From Octopus sinensis (Eukaryota): a stretch of 64,000 nt of DNA. The notes beneath the pieces are model-generated. The model ran no database searches. It was not told the origin of the DNA and saw nothing but the letters and a program-made list of their open reading frames with translations. The translations under genes were made by a program, and so were the position numbers. The stretch covers positions 147,250,001-147,314,000 of the forward strand of contig NC_042997.1 of the NCBI RefSeq assembly GCF_006345805.1. Direction: 5' to 3'. Below, in pieces: positions 40,621-54,699 of the stretch. Position 1 is the stretch's first letter. Every line of letters starts with the position of its first letter.

Positions 40621-41669
40621 TAGGTATAGGATAATTTCAGTAGTTTTAGTTATTTTTGGTTTTATTGAATTTAATATTTTTTATTGACAATGGTCAAAGG
40701 TTCAAAGTCTAGTCCACTATTTAAAATCATAATTATTGCGTGTGTCTACATTTTGAAATGGAATTTGTTCAGGGATTCACGAAAGAATGTAAATATGTGG
40801 TATGTTTTAGCTGGTTAATTTCATTACGTGTTATTGCTGTTATTTAGGGTTTTTCATGTCTTTTATTCAGAAGACAGGGTTATTAGTGGGGCATGTAATG
40901 GTGTTAACACAGTAAATTGTTTATCGTGTGCGATGATGTACACAAGAGGGTAGGATAGGTATAAAGGTTGTTAGTCTGTATCTTTCTCTCTAGTCGTTCA
41001 TTGTTCTATAAACAATTTGATTATTATGTAAACATTTTAACCCTTGTACTTTTCAGAGGTAGTGTTTGTGGGTTCTGTGTTTATAAACATTTCTTCAATG
41101 CTGTTTAAAGCGTAGGTATTTTAAAATATAGTATTTTTAGGCTTCTGGATATATGCAAAAGTTGGGCATTATAAAAGTCGCGTATAGACTCATGTATAAA
41201 AATGGGAATAAAAATACACACACGCATGCACCCATGCACACATTTACACACTTACATACACACATGCACAAACACTGACACATACATATTGTTTGTGTTA
41301 GTTTGGTAGTTTAATATTTGCAGATATAAAACTGTTCAACATACGTGGTACGCTGCGTCGAGTCAGCAGTGACACGGGACCAACAGCATTAGATCATATT
41401 TAAGCGACTTTCGATTACAAATTCAAGTTGTACTATTGTTAGCTCCACTTCTAATTCATACATAATCAATAAGTACCAGTAATACATATTGGGTTAAGAT
41501 TTAATCGATAACACATCCCACAAAATATAATTGACTTTGTGCCAAGTCAAAAGAAATCAAATTTGTCTTTTTTCATGATTTTTTGTAGTCTTTTTTTTGA
41601 CGTTTGTTGCATTCATATCTTCAATAGAAATTTTTCAGCCGACGCTTTGCTTTTCATCTATTGTGCACG

Positions 41670-42720
<1,051 letters not shown>

Positions 42721-43170
42721 AAACATTTTTATTGAATAGCTATACGATAAATATTGAATTGTGATAGCTTTTTGAGATAATGCAGAGTTTTATATTTATA
42801 GATTAATGTAGTTTCTTGGTATGTAGTTCTCAATATTGTAATGGACGTTAGGTAGAAGAGTAGTACAGCATTATAGAGTATCTCTAATGATTTCACTATT
42901 TGTCTGTTTCAAGTGTTTGTCTACTTGTCTGTCTGCCTATCTTGCGCATGCGTGTGTAACGAGACCAGTCATTGTCATTAGATTTAGATACCTTATTGTA
43001 CTGAATATTTTCACCTTAATTTTTTGTTCTGCTAGTTTCTCTTAAATGGAAGAATACAATACATACAATACATACACTTACATACATACATATATAAATA
43101 CATACATACATACATACATACATACATACATACATACATACATACATACATACTACATACACACACACAC

Positions 43171-43433
43171 ATGATGGGTGCCCCCTCGTTATCGAGTATG
43201 GCCATTGCACGAAGCTTAACTGTTATTGGTGCTGTGATCGAATGTGACTTTTTAGCCCAGCTAAAGATCTACAATGTCTTGTACAGAATTGGCAGCTAAA
43301 GCCTTTACCGGTAATAGCCGGCAGTAATTGTAACTGGGCTTCATGTACCTTTGCATGTCGTTTAAGTCCTCCTGCCGAATTACATTCTCCTCCACATGCC
43401 TGACAGATATGATTAGTATGGTGTGTAACACCA
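43171..43433 (-). mobile_element. RTE-like LINE 3' end encoding two C2H2 fingers, embedded in (CATA)n
   Basis: HICQACGGECNSAGGLKRHAKVH...FSCQFCTRHCRSLAGLKSHIRSQH* followed by a short 3' UTR ggccatactcgataacgagggggcacccatc and a simple-repeat tail. Confidence 0.7.
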
Positions 43434-43467
43434 CATACATACATACATACATACATACATACATACA

Positions 43468-43500
<33 letters not shown>

Positions 43501-43945
43501 GCATGCATGCATACATACATACATACATACATACATACATACATACATACATACATACATACATACATACATACATACATACATACATACATACATACAT
43601 ACATACATACATACATACATACATGCATACATACATGCATACATATATACATATATACATACACCAGTAATAATTGGGCAGTAGGTTTTGTTAGTAAATG
43701 CTTAAAAGAAAATTCTGGATAATCTGGGATTTTTAGAAAGAGAAATTGACAGGCTAATTTGTACATTACAAGTGCAGTCTGTGACTGGAACAGTAAAATT
43801 GTAAAATTATGCAAGAATTTTCTCAAGTTTCCAATGTGAATTTTTCTGTGTTAACTACACCCCAAAGATGGAGCTTTGTACCATTGTGGGAAACCGGCTC
43901 CCTCTTCAGTGGAAGATTTATAATAATTAAAGTGTTTTAAAGAAG

Positions 43946-43988
<43 letters not shown>

Positions 43989-44011
43989 CATATATATATA
44001 TATACACATAC

Positions 44012-44062
<51 letters not shown>

Positions 44063-44394
44063 TATATAATATAATATATATATATATATATATCTATATA
44101 TATATCTATATATATATATATATATATCGTGACGTATATTTGCCATTTGAATATGGCTAACCCCTAAGGGTGGATGCTACTGTAGTTTGTAGCCCCAGGA
44201 GGACACCTCTTCCAGCTGGCTATAGACACACTTTCTGTGACCTATCAGTATTTGTGAAGGGAAGTCATCCTTCCCGTCTTCAACTTATGATACACAACTT
44301 ATGATATATATATCCATGTTTGTATGTGTGTGTGTGTCTATGTACGTATGTATGTATACACATACGCACGCATACGTACGTACATACATATATA

Positions 44395-44912
44395 CGAGGG
44401 TTGATCAAGAGTTACTCCGACTGGTGCTATAAAAAGAAAACTACAATACATCAATTCGGCAGATAATCTTCATCATTGTTTCCACTGATGGAAGCATTAC
44501 TGGAACTCCTTTTATGGGAAAGCAAGCAGCAGCCTCTTCGCATTCTACTGGATTTCCACGACGTCTTGAAATTCCATTGGGAGTCCTCCACTGCAAAGAC
44601 TGATCCTTGGTTTCGGGGTCATACCCATAGACTCACGATCCGTCAACTCTTATGGCCTTTTCAAAAAATGTTCGTCTTCCTCGACGCAATCAAGGAGATC
44701 TTTCGCAGTTGAAACCCGATTTTCGTTTTGATACAATCACACTCTACACACTTTACTTCCAAGTACTTCCAAGTACACTCTATAAATAACGGAAGTGAGT
44801 GAGAACGTTATACGTTAGTGTGCATGCGCGACAGAGATGAGGACCATTCTACGTCAAGAGGATTCATTCTGTAACCATAGCAACAGCCCCGATTCTTTTT
44901 GATCAGGTCTCG
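44395..44912 (-). mobile_element. Internally deleted mariner
   Basis: Diverged TIRs cgagggttgatcaagag...ggtgctat and atagcaacag...tttttgatcaggtctcg; residual YGYDPETKDQSLQW on the minus strand. Confidence 0.7.
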
Positions 44913-44927
44913 TCGAATATACATATA

Positions 44928-45010
<83 letters not shown>

Positions 45011-45059
45011 CATCCATCCATCCATCCATCCATCCATCCATCCATCCATCCATCCATCC

Positions 45060-45130
<71 letters not shown>

Positions 45131-45280
45131 AGTATATATATATGTGTGTGTGTGTGAGTGTGTGGTGTATGTAAGTATGTGTATACATACAAAAGTCTAT
45201 CCATCCATCCATCCATCCATCCATCCATACATACATACATACATACATACATACATACATACATACATACATACATGCAT
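44928..45280. repeat. (TCTA)n(TCCA)n(CATA)n microsatellites
   Basis: Directly visible. Confidence 0.95.
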
Positions 45281-46022
45281 ACAGTTGTTACTTCTGGTAC
45301 TGCATAGAAGGATAATTTTCAGCTTCTGCTTTTGGATCTGTTTTGACATTTTATTGTTTTCATCATAGTGTCTTTTTGATGTATAGTTTAGTGAAGAGAA
45401 TGATGTTACTAAAATAATTTATTAAGTAACAAAGAAAACATTTAATCAATTACCATTACAGTAGAAATATATAGGAAAGTTATTATCTTCAGCGATAATT
45501 ATCGTAAAGAAAGGAAAGGGAGGTAAATACGAAATGGATGAAATTTTTCCATGTCTCCTTCATGTAATACTTTTATTTTTTTTAAATATAATTTAGGACT
45601 ATGTTGTATTTTAAAGACTGTGGCTCATTGAGATATTGCGAAACCCATTTCGACTGAAAGGTGAAGCAAATGAAACGATCTCACATTAACACGGAAAAAT
45701 TTTATACTTTAATAATAATATAGCAGCCGACTGGTGTTTTTTGGCAAATTTGAATTTTATTTTGTAAATTTGAGGAAAATGGGATATGTTGATACTTATG
45801 TATTAGTGATGTAATTGAATTAATTTCAGCTAAGATTTGAAACGATCTCAGATATACTGCAATATCATGTTTATTATTTCATTGGTTGTATGTTTCTCTA
45901 AATAAACAGAGATATAATTAAAATTAAAAATAAATCAAATTCTATTACATCCAAGGATGCCTACTCAAAGAATATTGAATATTGTTCATGGAACTCGATA
46001 TGCTATTTCTTATGTATGTATG

Positions 46023-46056
<34 letters not shown>

Positions 46057-46914
46057 TGTATGTATGTACGTATGTAGTAATGCGTTTGTGTATTTAAGTC
46101 TCTAAGTATGTATACATGTATATATGTGTAAGTATGTTTGTATGTATAATGTATGTATTTTTGTATGCTTGCTTGATTTGGTTATGATACCAATTATTGA
46201 TTTACAGAACAATGATATTAATATTACGTGTTTACATTTAAATAAAGCGTTGGTGGAGATGAAGAGAGTATATTAAATTACAATAAAAATGTGAGCAAGT
46301 GAGGCATGAATATTCAAATATATAACGTTAAAAAATAGAATGCACATGACGTTGTGATGTTTATGCCTTAACTAATTGTATTAACAATGCCAGGGAATAA
46401 AGATATTTCGCATGAGAACAGAAATAGAGTCACATGACTGGGTAATGATGTTGAGGATCATGTAGGTCAACTATTTCGTAAACACACCTACGGCCAATTG
46501 CATGCCATTTGTTGGACTACATTGTTTAGGGTGCTGATCATTTATGTAATTCGGAAGAGTGTAGTCTGAAGGACATTGGCTGTGATTTTTAGCAGGTCGA
46601 GTGGAAACACAGAGACTTTATTAATTCATGTAACTGACGTTCCGTAGTTAATTCAGAGTTTATATATTTAATGCAGAGAACGTTAATAACTGACTGGAAA
46701 ATAATAATGTGGAGAAACATTATTATTGACTATATTCAGTCCACTTCAGGACAAAAGCCTCAGCATGCTCTCTTCACCAATCACGGGCTGATGTGGAGAC
46801 CGTGAATTTGAGCTTCAGATCATACAAATCTGATGGGCCTGCTCTGCCACACTGGCCCGAAATAGTCTTACAGGGAGGTGTAGATTTTATACTCTTATCC
46901 AGGAGTATTTAAGG

Positions 46915-47080
46915 CGATTATCTCGACCCCAGTGCTCAACTGGTACTTATTTTATCGACCTCCAAAGGACAATTGGCAAAAGTCGGCCTCGGTGGAATTT
47001 GAACTCAGATTGTAAACACGGAGGAAATACCGCTTAGCATTTCGTCCTGTGTGCTAACGATTCTGCCAGCACAATGTCTT
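46915..47080 (-). mobile_element. SINE family A
   Basis: tcgaccccagtgctcaactggtacttattttatcgacc...gaatttgaactcag...gctaacgattctgccagc. Confidence 0.85.
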
Positions 47081-47528
47081 AAAACAATATTAATAATTAA
47101 TGTTTATCTCTGCCAAATTCAACTGCCCGCATGTTTCGCTATTATTCTTACCTCACCAACAAAGTCCATTCTTTATCGTACTTGCGAAAGTAGTGATAAA
47201 AGAGTTAGTAAGTGTGGTTCCTTTTTATAGGAGATGGAATGGAGAAATGCTTTGTGATTTATTTCTTAACTTTAGACTTAACTCTAGCTTCCATGAAATA
47301 AGCCACAATCATATACTAAGCAGATTTAAACGACTGTGACATCTCTTGTGCACGTCCATGGCCTTATTACACAGGGAGATTAAGAAGCTCAATACAACAT
47401 AAGGTATGACATTTAAGAATTAGAGATATTTTGATCTTTACTGCTTAACTGAATTCCGGGAATTACCATCTCAGTTTAACATAAGGTTATTTTGGTCCCT
47501 ATTCCATTCATTGGAATATTGACATAAT

Positions 47529-47927
47529 ATTTTCTACTTATAGGCACAGGGCCTGAAATTTGGGGGGAGGGGCCAGTCGATTAGATCGACTCCAGTATGC
47601 AACTGGTATTTAATTTATCGATCCCGAAAGGATAAAAGGCAAAGTCGACCTCGGCGGAATTTGAACTCAGAACGTAAAGACAAACGAAATAACCTGTTTC
47701 TTTAATACCCACAAGGGGTTAAACATAGAAGAGACAAACAAGGACAGACAAAGGTATCAAGTCGATTATATCGACCCGTGCGTAACTGGTACTTAATTTA
47801 TCGACCCCGAAAGGATGAAAGGCAAAGGCGACTTCGGCGGAATTTGAACTCAGAACGTAACGGCAGACAAAATATCGTTAAGCATTTCGCCCGGCGTGCT
47901 AACGATTCTGCCAGTTTGCTGCCTTGA
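47529..47927 (-). mobile_element. SINE family A dimer (head + module with tail B + module with tail A) inserted as one unit
   Basis: 14-bp TSD aatattgacataat at 47515-47528 and 47928-47941. Confidence 0.9.
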
Positions 47928-48651
47928 AATATTGACATAATGTTGAATAGATGTAAAGCCATATTCTTCTATAACTTCCCCAAAGCCATAAATGTTGTAT
48001 AAATGTATCAGCTTCAGGCGGAAATTGTACCTTATGAAGGGATTCATGTTAATATGATTTTATCTCTTGTCCTGCAGCATTTGCTCAAATCATTAACACT
48101 CGAAAGAAAGAAAAGGAAGAAAATACGATGAAAGATTGGAATCTTTATGATTTTTTCATCAAGAGTAATGTTAGGTCTTTCTTGAGCTTAAATTGTTTTC
48201 TATTCAATTGGTGATCGGGAGTTGAGTGAACTGGAGCAAGTGTTTTGCCTAAAAGCACAACGCATTTTAAGGCCCAGGAATCGAAATCATGGTCTTACGA
48301 TCGTGAGTACAGTATCTTAACTACTAGGCTACGCACCGTATCCTTTTCCTAAGAGTAAATGAGGAGAAAATATTTAAAGCACCTTCAGCTGTTGATACAT
48401 GTTGTGGATTAGTGCAAAGTTCGTTTCATGAAACCAAATAATCAAAATTGAAGTAAAAGCAAGTGGAAATCTAACGCGGAATACATTTTATTTTCACACT
48501 GGGAGGAAAAGCGACCGAGATTGATAGAACAAAATCCTCACACTGGAAACCGAATGTTTGAAACAAATTTGACACCACTAAAGTCACCCCGAGGACCATC
48601 TCATTGTGTTAAAGTAGGTGAATAGATTGTCTACAATCTAATAGTAGGAAT

Positions 48652-48926
48652 TGTTTGTTCCTTCTCGAGCCATGCCTGGCTCATAGGGCCGGTTTCTCGG
48701 ATTCCGTGGCGTATAGGTTCCCTGCGCCAGTCCATCGCAGGTGAGCTGCAAGACACAGGAGGAAATAGTGAGAGAAAGTTGTGGCGAAAGAGTCAGTAGA
48801 AGTTCGCCTTCTGCCGGAGCTTAGGTGTTTCGCTCATAAACACACATATCGCCCGGTCTGAGATTCGTACCCGCGATTCCTCGACCGCGAGTCCGCTACT
48901 CTAACCACCAGGCCATGTGCCTCCAC
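48652..48926 (-). mobile_element. tRNA-derived SINE family D (V-like segment), full length with TSD
   Basis: 12-bp TSD aatagtaggaat; head ggaggcacatggcctggtggttagag...gggtacgaatctc; cctgcgatggactggcg; tail atgagccaggcatggctcgagaaggaacaaac. Confidence 0.85.
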
Positions 48927-49827
48927 AATAGTAGGAATAGTTCCTTTAAAAGGCTTCCACATAATTTCCGTCTAGATACTTTCCTAATATGCTGTAAAAT
49001 AGAATCGGACATAAAAACTTCACGTTTTCGAAGCTAACACTTTCAGTCATACAGCCATGTCTGCACCGATAGATTGGATCCATAAAAGGATGTGAGTGTT
49101 AGTAATTTTTATTGACTCAGGGTAGATGAAAGCGTCATTTAGTCACGTTATTTGATATATTAATTATTGAAAAAATAATTCAGAACCACGCTACACTGTT
49201 TTAGCTGTTTTTGGCTCCTTATCAGAAACATTATCAGGATTTGTCACTAAAGAAAACATCTAAATATTTCATGTTAAATATTTGATTATATAACGCTTTC
49301 GTTGTTTTGTATTTAAATCTGAGAGGTGGGGAAGTGTCCATAGCTTCCCAGAGTGGAGGTTGTCGATACAATTAATGTTCAGCTTCAGTTTCTTTAAGCT
49401 TAATGTCTGTAGGGAAAACAATGACATGAGCGATGTTATGGAGAAGGGGTTGCAGTCATAAGAAAAGAAGTTTTGGCCAAGTGTATAATGCTGGAATTTG
49501 AGGAATTGAGAGATATTATTGTGGTGATAGAGATAGTATGAATGAAGTGTTGACCTGAGAAGTAGTATACGGTTTGATAGCTCAGAAGAGCATGAATTAT
49601 CATGTTGCACTAATTTTTTCTTAAGTATAGGTACTAAGTTATGGTGGCGTGCTGGCAGAATTGTAATCGCGTCGGACAAAATGCTTAGCGGCATTTCTTC
49701 CGACTTAAAGCTCCGAGTCCAAATATCTGCGGGGTCGACTTTGCTTTTCATTTCGCACATACATAAATATATGATCACCGTTTATATTATATAAATAACA
49801 ATGATTACTAATATTTTATCTCTACAA

Positions 49828-50035
49828 AGGCGGCGAGCTGGTAGACACACCAGCACGCTGGGCAAAGTGTTTAGCGGCATTTCCTCCGTCTTTACGTGCT
49901 GATTTCAAATCCACCGAGGTTGAATTTACCTTTCATCCTTTCGGGGGTCAAAGAAAATAAGTACCAGTTGAATACTGGAGTCAATGTAATCGACGTTTCC
50001 TCAAGATTGCTAGCCTTGTGCTACAATTTGATATC
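49828..50035 (+). mobile_element. SINE family A, full length with TSD
   Basis: 18-bp TSD aatattttatctctacaa at 49810-49827 and 50036-50053. Confidence 0.9.
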
Positions 50036-50102
50036 AATATTTTATCTCTACAATCCACGAATTGCTTGACTTCAATGTCGTGAAAGATAATTCAGCGATA
50101 TA

Positions 50103-51348
50103 CAAGGGTGGTATCAAAATGTTCCCGGACTAGTTCTATAGCGCGCCAACAGATGGTAGCACATAGTTGCATGCGAAATGAGAGCTAGCAGTGACCTTCA
50201 TGAGGCAGTGTACCGAGCGGTATTGTTGTGTTTACTTCGCAAGTTGTGAAAGTTTGTGATTTTGTGATCACGGGTACGCTGTATTCTGCGATTTTGCCTC
50301 GGACAGGAACAAAGAGCCGACGTGAAATTTTGCGTTAAACTTAGGATGTCTGCTACAGAAACATTGAGCATTTTTCGGCAAGCTTACGGCGACGAGGCAA
50401 TGGCTCTAGCACAAGTTTCAAGTGGTACGGGCGCTTCAAAAGCGGAAGAACGTCTCTGAAAGACGATGAAAGATCTGGAAGAGTTTCCACGAGCGTCACC
50501 TTCGGAAATGTGGAGAAATTTCATCAGCTTGTGCATGAGGATCGTCAGAGGACAATCAACGACATTGATAATGTTGGTTTGTCGTGTAGGTCTGTGAAGG
50601 CAATCTTAACGCCTGAATTAAACATGTGGCGTGTCTCTGCCAAGTTTGTCCTCCACCTGCTAACCATTGCGCAGAAACAACAGCGCGTAGAAATCTGTCA
50701 AAATCCCCATCCTTCATGTCGTGGACCATCAACGGTGACGAGAGTTGAATCTACTGGTTCGACCCTGAGATGAAGCAGTAGTCGTCACAATAGAAGAGCC
50801 CTTCATCTCTACGACTGAAAAAAGCAAGACAACCGCAGTTCAATCAAAAGAATGCTCTTTGTTCTTTTCTTTATATCCACAGTATTGTGCATCAAGAATT
50901 CCTCCCCCAGGGCCGGACCGTCAATCGAGAGTCCTACTACGACGTTTTGAAGCGTTTGAGTGTGGACATTCGGCGAAAGTGACAGGATCTGTGATGTGCG
51001 AATAATTAGATTCTTCACGACGACAACGCACCCTGTCACCGAGCTCCCCTCGCTCGTGCGTTTCTCGCCAAAAAGAAAATGGCATCGTTTCCGCACCTAT
51101 TCGCCAGATTTAGCACCTTCACACGTCCATCTCTTTACCAAGATGAAAATGCAGCTAAAAGGTCGCCGATTTAATACCGTTGTCAAAGTCCTCGACTCGC
51201 TTACGGAAAATGACCTCTTAGCCGAATTTCAAAAGCGACAGGTGCATTGCTGTGCAAGGTAGCTATTTTGCAGCAGATTATGTTAAAACTTAGGTAAATA
51301 AGTTATTTTTTAGTAAACATAGTCCGGGAACTTTTTGATACCACATCG
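50103..51348 (+). mobile_element. Mariner (DD34D), near full length, inactive
   Basis: TA-flanked TIRs caagggtggtatcaaaatgttcccggacta and tagtccgggaactttttgataccacatcg; fragments SLKDDERSGR, RVSAKFVLHLLT, HDDNA, YSPDLAPS..LFTKMK.QLKGRRF; many frameshifts. Confidence 0.9.
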
Positions 51349-52109
51349 TAACTAATGTAAAATTAAAAAAAGGTATAACTATCTATATAAAAACAACCCC
51401 ATTTATCTTCTATTTCAAGATTGTGAATCTTACCATCTTTAAATCACATCTTATATTTTCTGAAAAGTACCTCTGAATATTCAACAATATGACAGCAGTC
51501 AATATAACTCAAATACAATACAATGCAATATTTACTATGTTTGTGTAGGTGTGCGTCTGGTCTGTTCCAACCTGAACTAGTTACCTCAAAAACATCCAGC
51601 ATCTGAGATGAAATCTAACCAATGTTTATAAATATATTAGTCCTCATAAGAAATCAATAAAATTTGTGAAATGCAACAATAAAAAAAATAAGGCTAGATT
51701 TAGGTTGTGGGGTGTTTATTAAGAATCTTTTAAGAGTATTCTCCCAAAACGTATTGCGGGAGTTGTTTGGTTCTATTGAAAGCAAGTAGTTTGTCATGTT
51801 AATCGAACAGAATGCATTCAAAATCTGTTTTTAATGAAATAATGCAAATTGAACGTGAGATATTCCAGTTACATGCAGCGTGATCTCTGAAAAATGTTAT
51901 GGAAAACAGAGAACGCAGATTTAACTGTGTTTGCCCGGAAGTAGCAGCATAGCAGGGAATATACTTCTGGTATAGAGAAGAATTAACGAAGGAAATATAA
52001 CATAACTTTGAATTATTACTGAGTTAATAGGTCGTATGTCAGAAAGTGTCCTTAAGAGACTCAGATGATTTATACCTTTAAAATATCTTTCGTTAAAAAA
52101 TTTACTTAC

Positions 52110-52154
52110 CTGACAAACTGCCGGAGCCCTGCTTTCGTAAATACTTTCTGATGT
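52110..52154 (-). CDS. Candidate 45-nt symmetric (phase 1-1) micro-exon, xIRKYLRKQGSGSLSx
   Basis: Perfect donor CAG|GTAAGT, T-rich tract + AAG acceptor, length divisible by 3, stop-free, inside about 0.9 kb of repeat-free sequence. Confidence 0.35.
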
Positions 52155-52311
52155 CTTTATGCACAAATACAAAAACGTTTGGAATAAAACGTAACAATCA
52201 CATGGAGAATGGTGTTATAATGAGATTACGGGTCCTTCTAAGGTATTTGTATTCGGCTCGCTTCTCACACTTTTCCCTGACTTAGTTGGTATCGTTCTTC
52301 TAAATCGTATA

Positions 52312-52529
52312 CAGTAATCCCGCATCTATCGCGGGTGTTACGTCCAAAATCCCGTGATAGGTGAAAATCCGCGAAGAAGAAACAGTACTGTACTGTATAT
52401 TTTTTTTATTGTTTTTATAATTTGTATATATGTGTTTTATTATAAATTCAAAACAACACCACCGAAGAATCAACGTAAGCTAAAATAATAAGCCGCGATT
52501 GGTGAACCGGATATGGCGAGGGATTACGG
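52312..52529. mobile_element. pogo/Tigger-like MITE
   Basis: TA|CAGTAATCCCgcatctatcgcgg ... ccggatatggcgagGGATTACGG; internal ccgcga repeats. Confidence 0.7.
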
Positions 52530-52684
52530 CACTGCGTACCGGCCGGAATGCAACACACAAGTAAAAGTAAAAACTGAAAGTGTTTTGGGCATTCTTTGAA
52601 CTTGTTGTTGAGTATTGGTCTTGAAAATATTTTGGAAAAGCATGAGAGAGATTTAAGCTAATGCCTATTTATATAATTTTTAAC

Positions 52685-54189
52685 TGTTGTGTCTGGGGAA
52701 ACTCATTTACATTTTGTGCCTTATAATTTAATACACTCACCGGTAAAATTTCCACTTATTTCTTATTTTTATTTTTCTAAAATTTTCGTTGCGTCTTGCA
52801 ACCTTTTCAATAGTCTTGTATTTTAGGAAAATAAAAATAAGAAATACGAGGGGCGTTCAATAAGTAATGCCCCTGACCCACTTCCCATAGCAGTAGAGCA
52901 ACGACACTTGGTACAGTTATTAGTCTTTTCCTACATAGGAACTACCCAGAGTTATGCATTTCTCCCATCGTTTGATACAGCTCTGGAGACCGTTTTTGTA
53001 GAAGACCCCAGCTTGGTCCTCCAACCACGACGTGACTTCAGAAATCAAGGCTGCATCATCTGGGAAACGCTTTCCTTTCAAAATCAACTTCATGGCTGGG
53101 AAGAGGTGAAAATCAGAGGATGCAAGGGGAGGAGTTCATAGCTGCACGCTTGTGCTTCTGATCTTGCGACACGCGAGTTGTGGACCGGAGCGTTGTCCTG
53201 CAGGAGGAGGATGCCTTTGCTGATCTTGCCCCGCCTCTTGATTTTGATAGCTTCTCTTAATTTCCTCAAAAGTGAAGCATAATAGGCTCCTGTAATTGTG
53301 GTACCCTTTGCCAGGAAATCTGTCATCACTACTCCGTCCTGGTCCCAGAAGACTGAGCATAACCTTGCCAGCGGAGGGCTGCACCCTTGCCTTCTTTGGA
53401 GGAGGTGAGTCACGGTGCTTTCACTGCATTGACTGAGCTTTGGTCTATGGATCATAGTGATGGACCCAGGTTTTATCCTGTGTGATCAGTCTTTTGAAAA
53501 ATTTTGACTCATCTTCTTGGCACATCTCCAAATTCATCCTCGAGCACTCAACGCGTTCTTGCTTCTGGAAAGGTGTGAGCAACATGGAAATCCATCTGGC
53601 AGACACCTTTTGCATATGCAAATGGTCATGAATGATAGTTTCCGCAGACCCGGTACTAATCTTGACCTTATGGGCTATTTGGCGAATAGTTATGCGTTGA
53701 CTTTCCAAAATGGCAGCCTCAACTTCACGGACAGACGTCTCATCAACGGCAGAAGTGGGGGACCAGATCTGGGAGCTGTTTCCACAGAGTTCCGACTATG
53801 TTTGAATTCACAATGCCAGCGTTTTACAAGGTCATATGATGGGGCATCATCACCATAAGTTACTCTCATTTCATCAAAAGTCTCCTGTGGTGTGCGTCCT
53901 TTCAAATTCAAAAACCAGATCACTGCTCGACACTCAACAGGCTCCATTTCACACTTGACTCAGTTCAAACACCTGTAAATCAGAAACCATAATTAGTTCA
54001 GAGCTGTAATTCGCCACTTAATCTATAGCGGTATACGTAAGTGTACATGCAAAATTACAGCTACGTCAAACAACTGCAAGTGGGTCAGGGGCATTACTTA
54101 TTGAACGCCCCTCGTAAGTGGACATTTTACCGGTGAGTGAGTTAAATTATAAGGCACAAAAAGAAAATGATTCTCCCCAGATACAACAA
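52685..54189. repeat. Inverted repeat (arms about 100 bp) whose right arm is split by a mariner
   Basis: Left ttttgtgccttataatttaatacactcaccggtaaaatttccacttatttcttattttt; right aaaaataagaaata[mariner]agtggacattttaccggtgagtgagttaaattataaggcacaaaa. Confidence 0.85.
52847..54114 (-). mobile_element. Mariner (DD34D), full-length outline, perfect 37-bp TIRs, transposase broken
   Basis: cgaggggcgttcaataagtaatgcccctgacccactt at both ends with TA TSD; ORF pieces MEPVECRAVI..., KVSARWI..LLT, ITQDKTWVHHYDP, LLQDNAPVH; the YSPD motif is deleted. Confidence 0.95.
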
Positions 54190-54350
54190 AATATGCTTCA
54201 ACACACGAGATCTTAAAGAATCTTGCAAACCAAATCCCAAAACGAAATAGCTTTTAACTATTTGCTGGAAACTCATCGAGACCTGTGGCTGAGTTTAAGT
54301 TCAATTAATTTATGAATGGTATTGAACTTTCATTATTCATAGCGACACAT

Positions 54351-54384
<34 letters not shown>

Positions 54385-54699
54385 ATGTGCGCGCGTGTGT
54401 GTATATAACGCACACACACACACAACACACACACGCTCTCACATACACACATATACACACACACATATAATTTAAAACAATTTGATTTAGCTCTATGCAA
54501 GTTTAAGTTTCGTGAGCTTCTAGCAGGTGCCTGTCTCTTTCAGGCTTAGATTACTGAATGAAGATGCATGGAGAGGTATGCACGTATGTATGTATGTATG
54601 TATGTATGTATGTATGTATGTATGTATGTATGTATGTATGTATGTATGTATGTATGTATAGATGCATGTATGTATGTAGATATGTCTGCATTTATATAT

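Noticed and set aside
46826-46868. Hammerhead-like ctgatgggcc...ggcccgaaatagtc
   Set aside because: Lacks the conserved GA of CUGAnGA, and stem I is not convincing
52847-54114. Domesticated SETMAR-like or active transposase gene
   Set aside because: Frameshifts, deletion of the YSPD motif, retained TIRs and no SET domain
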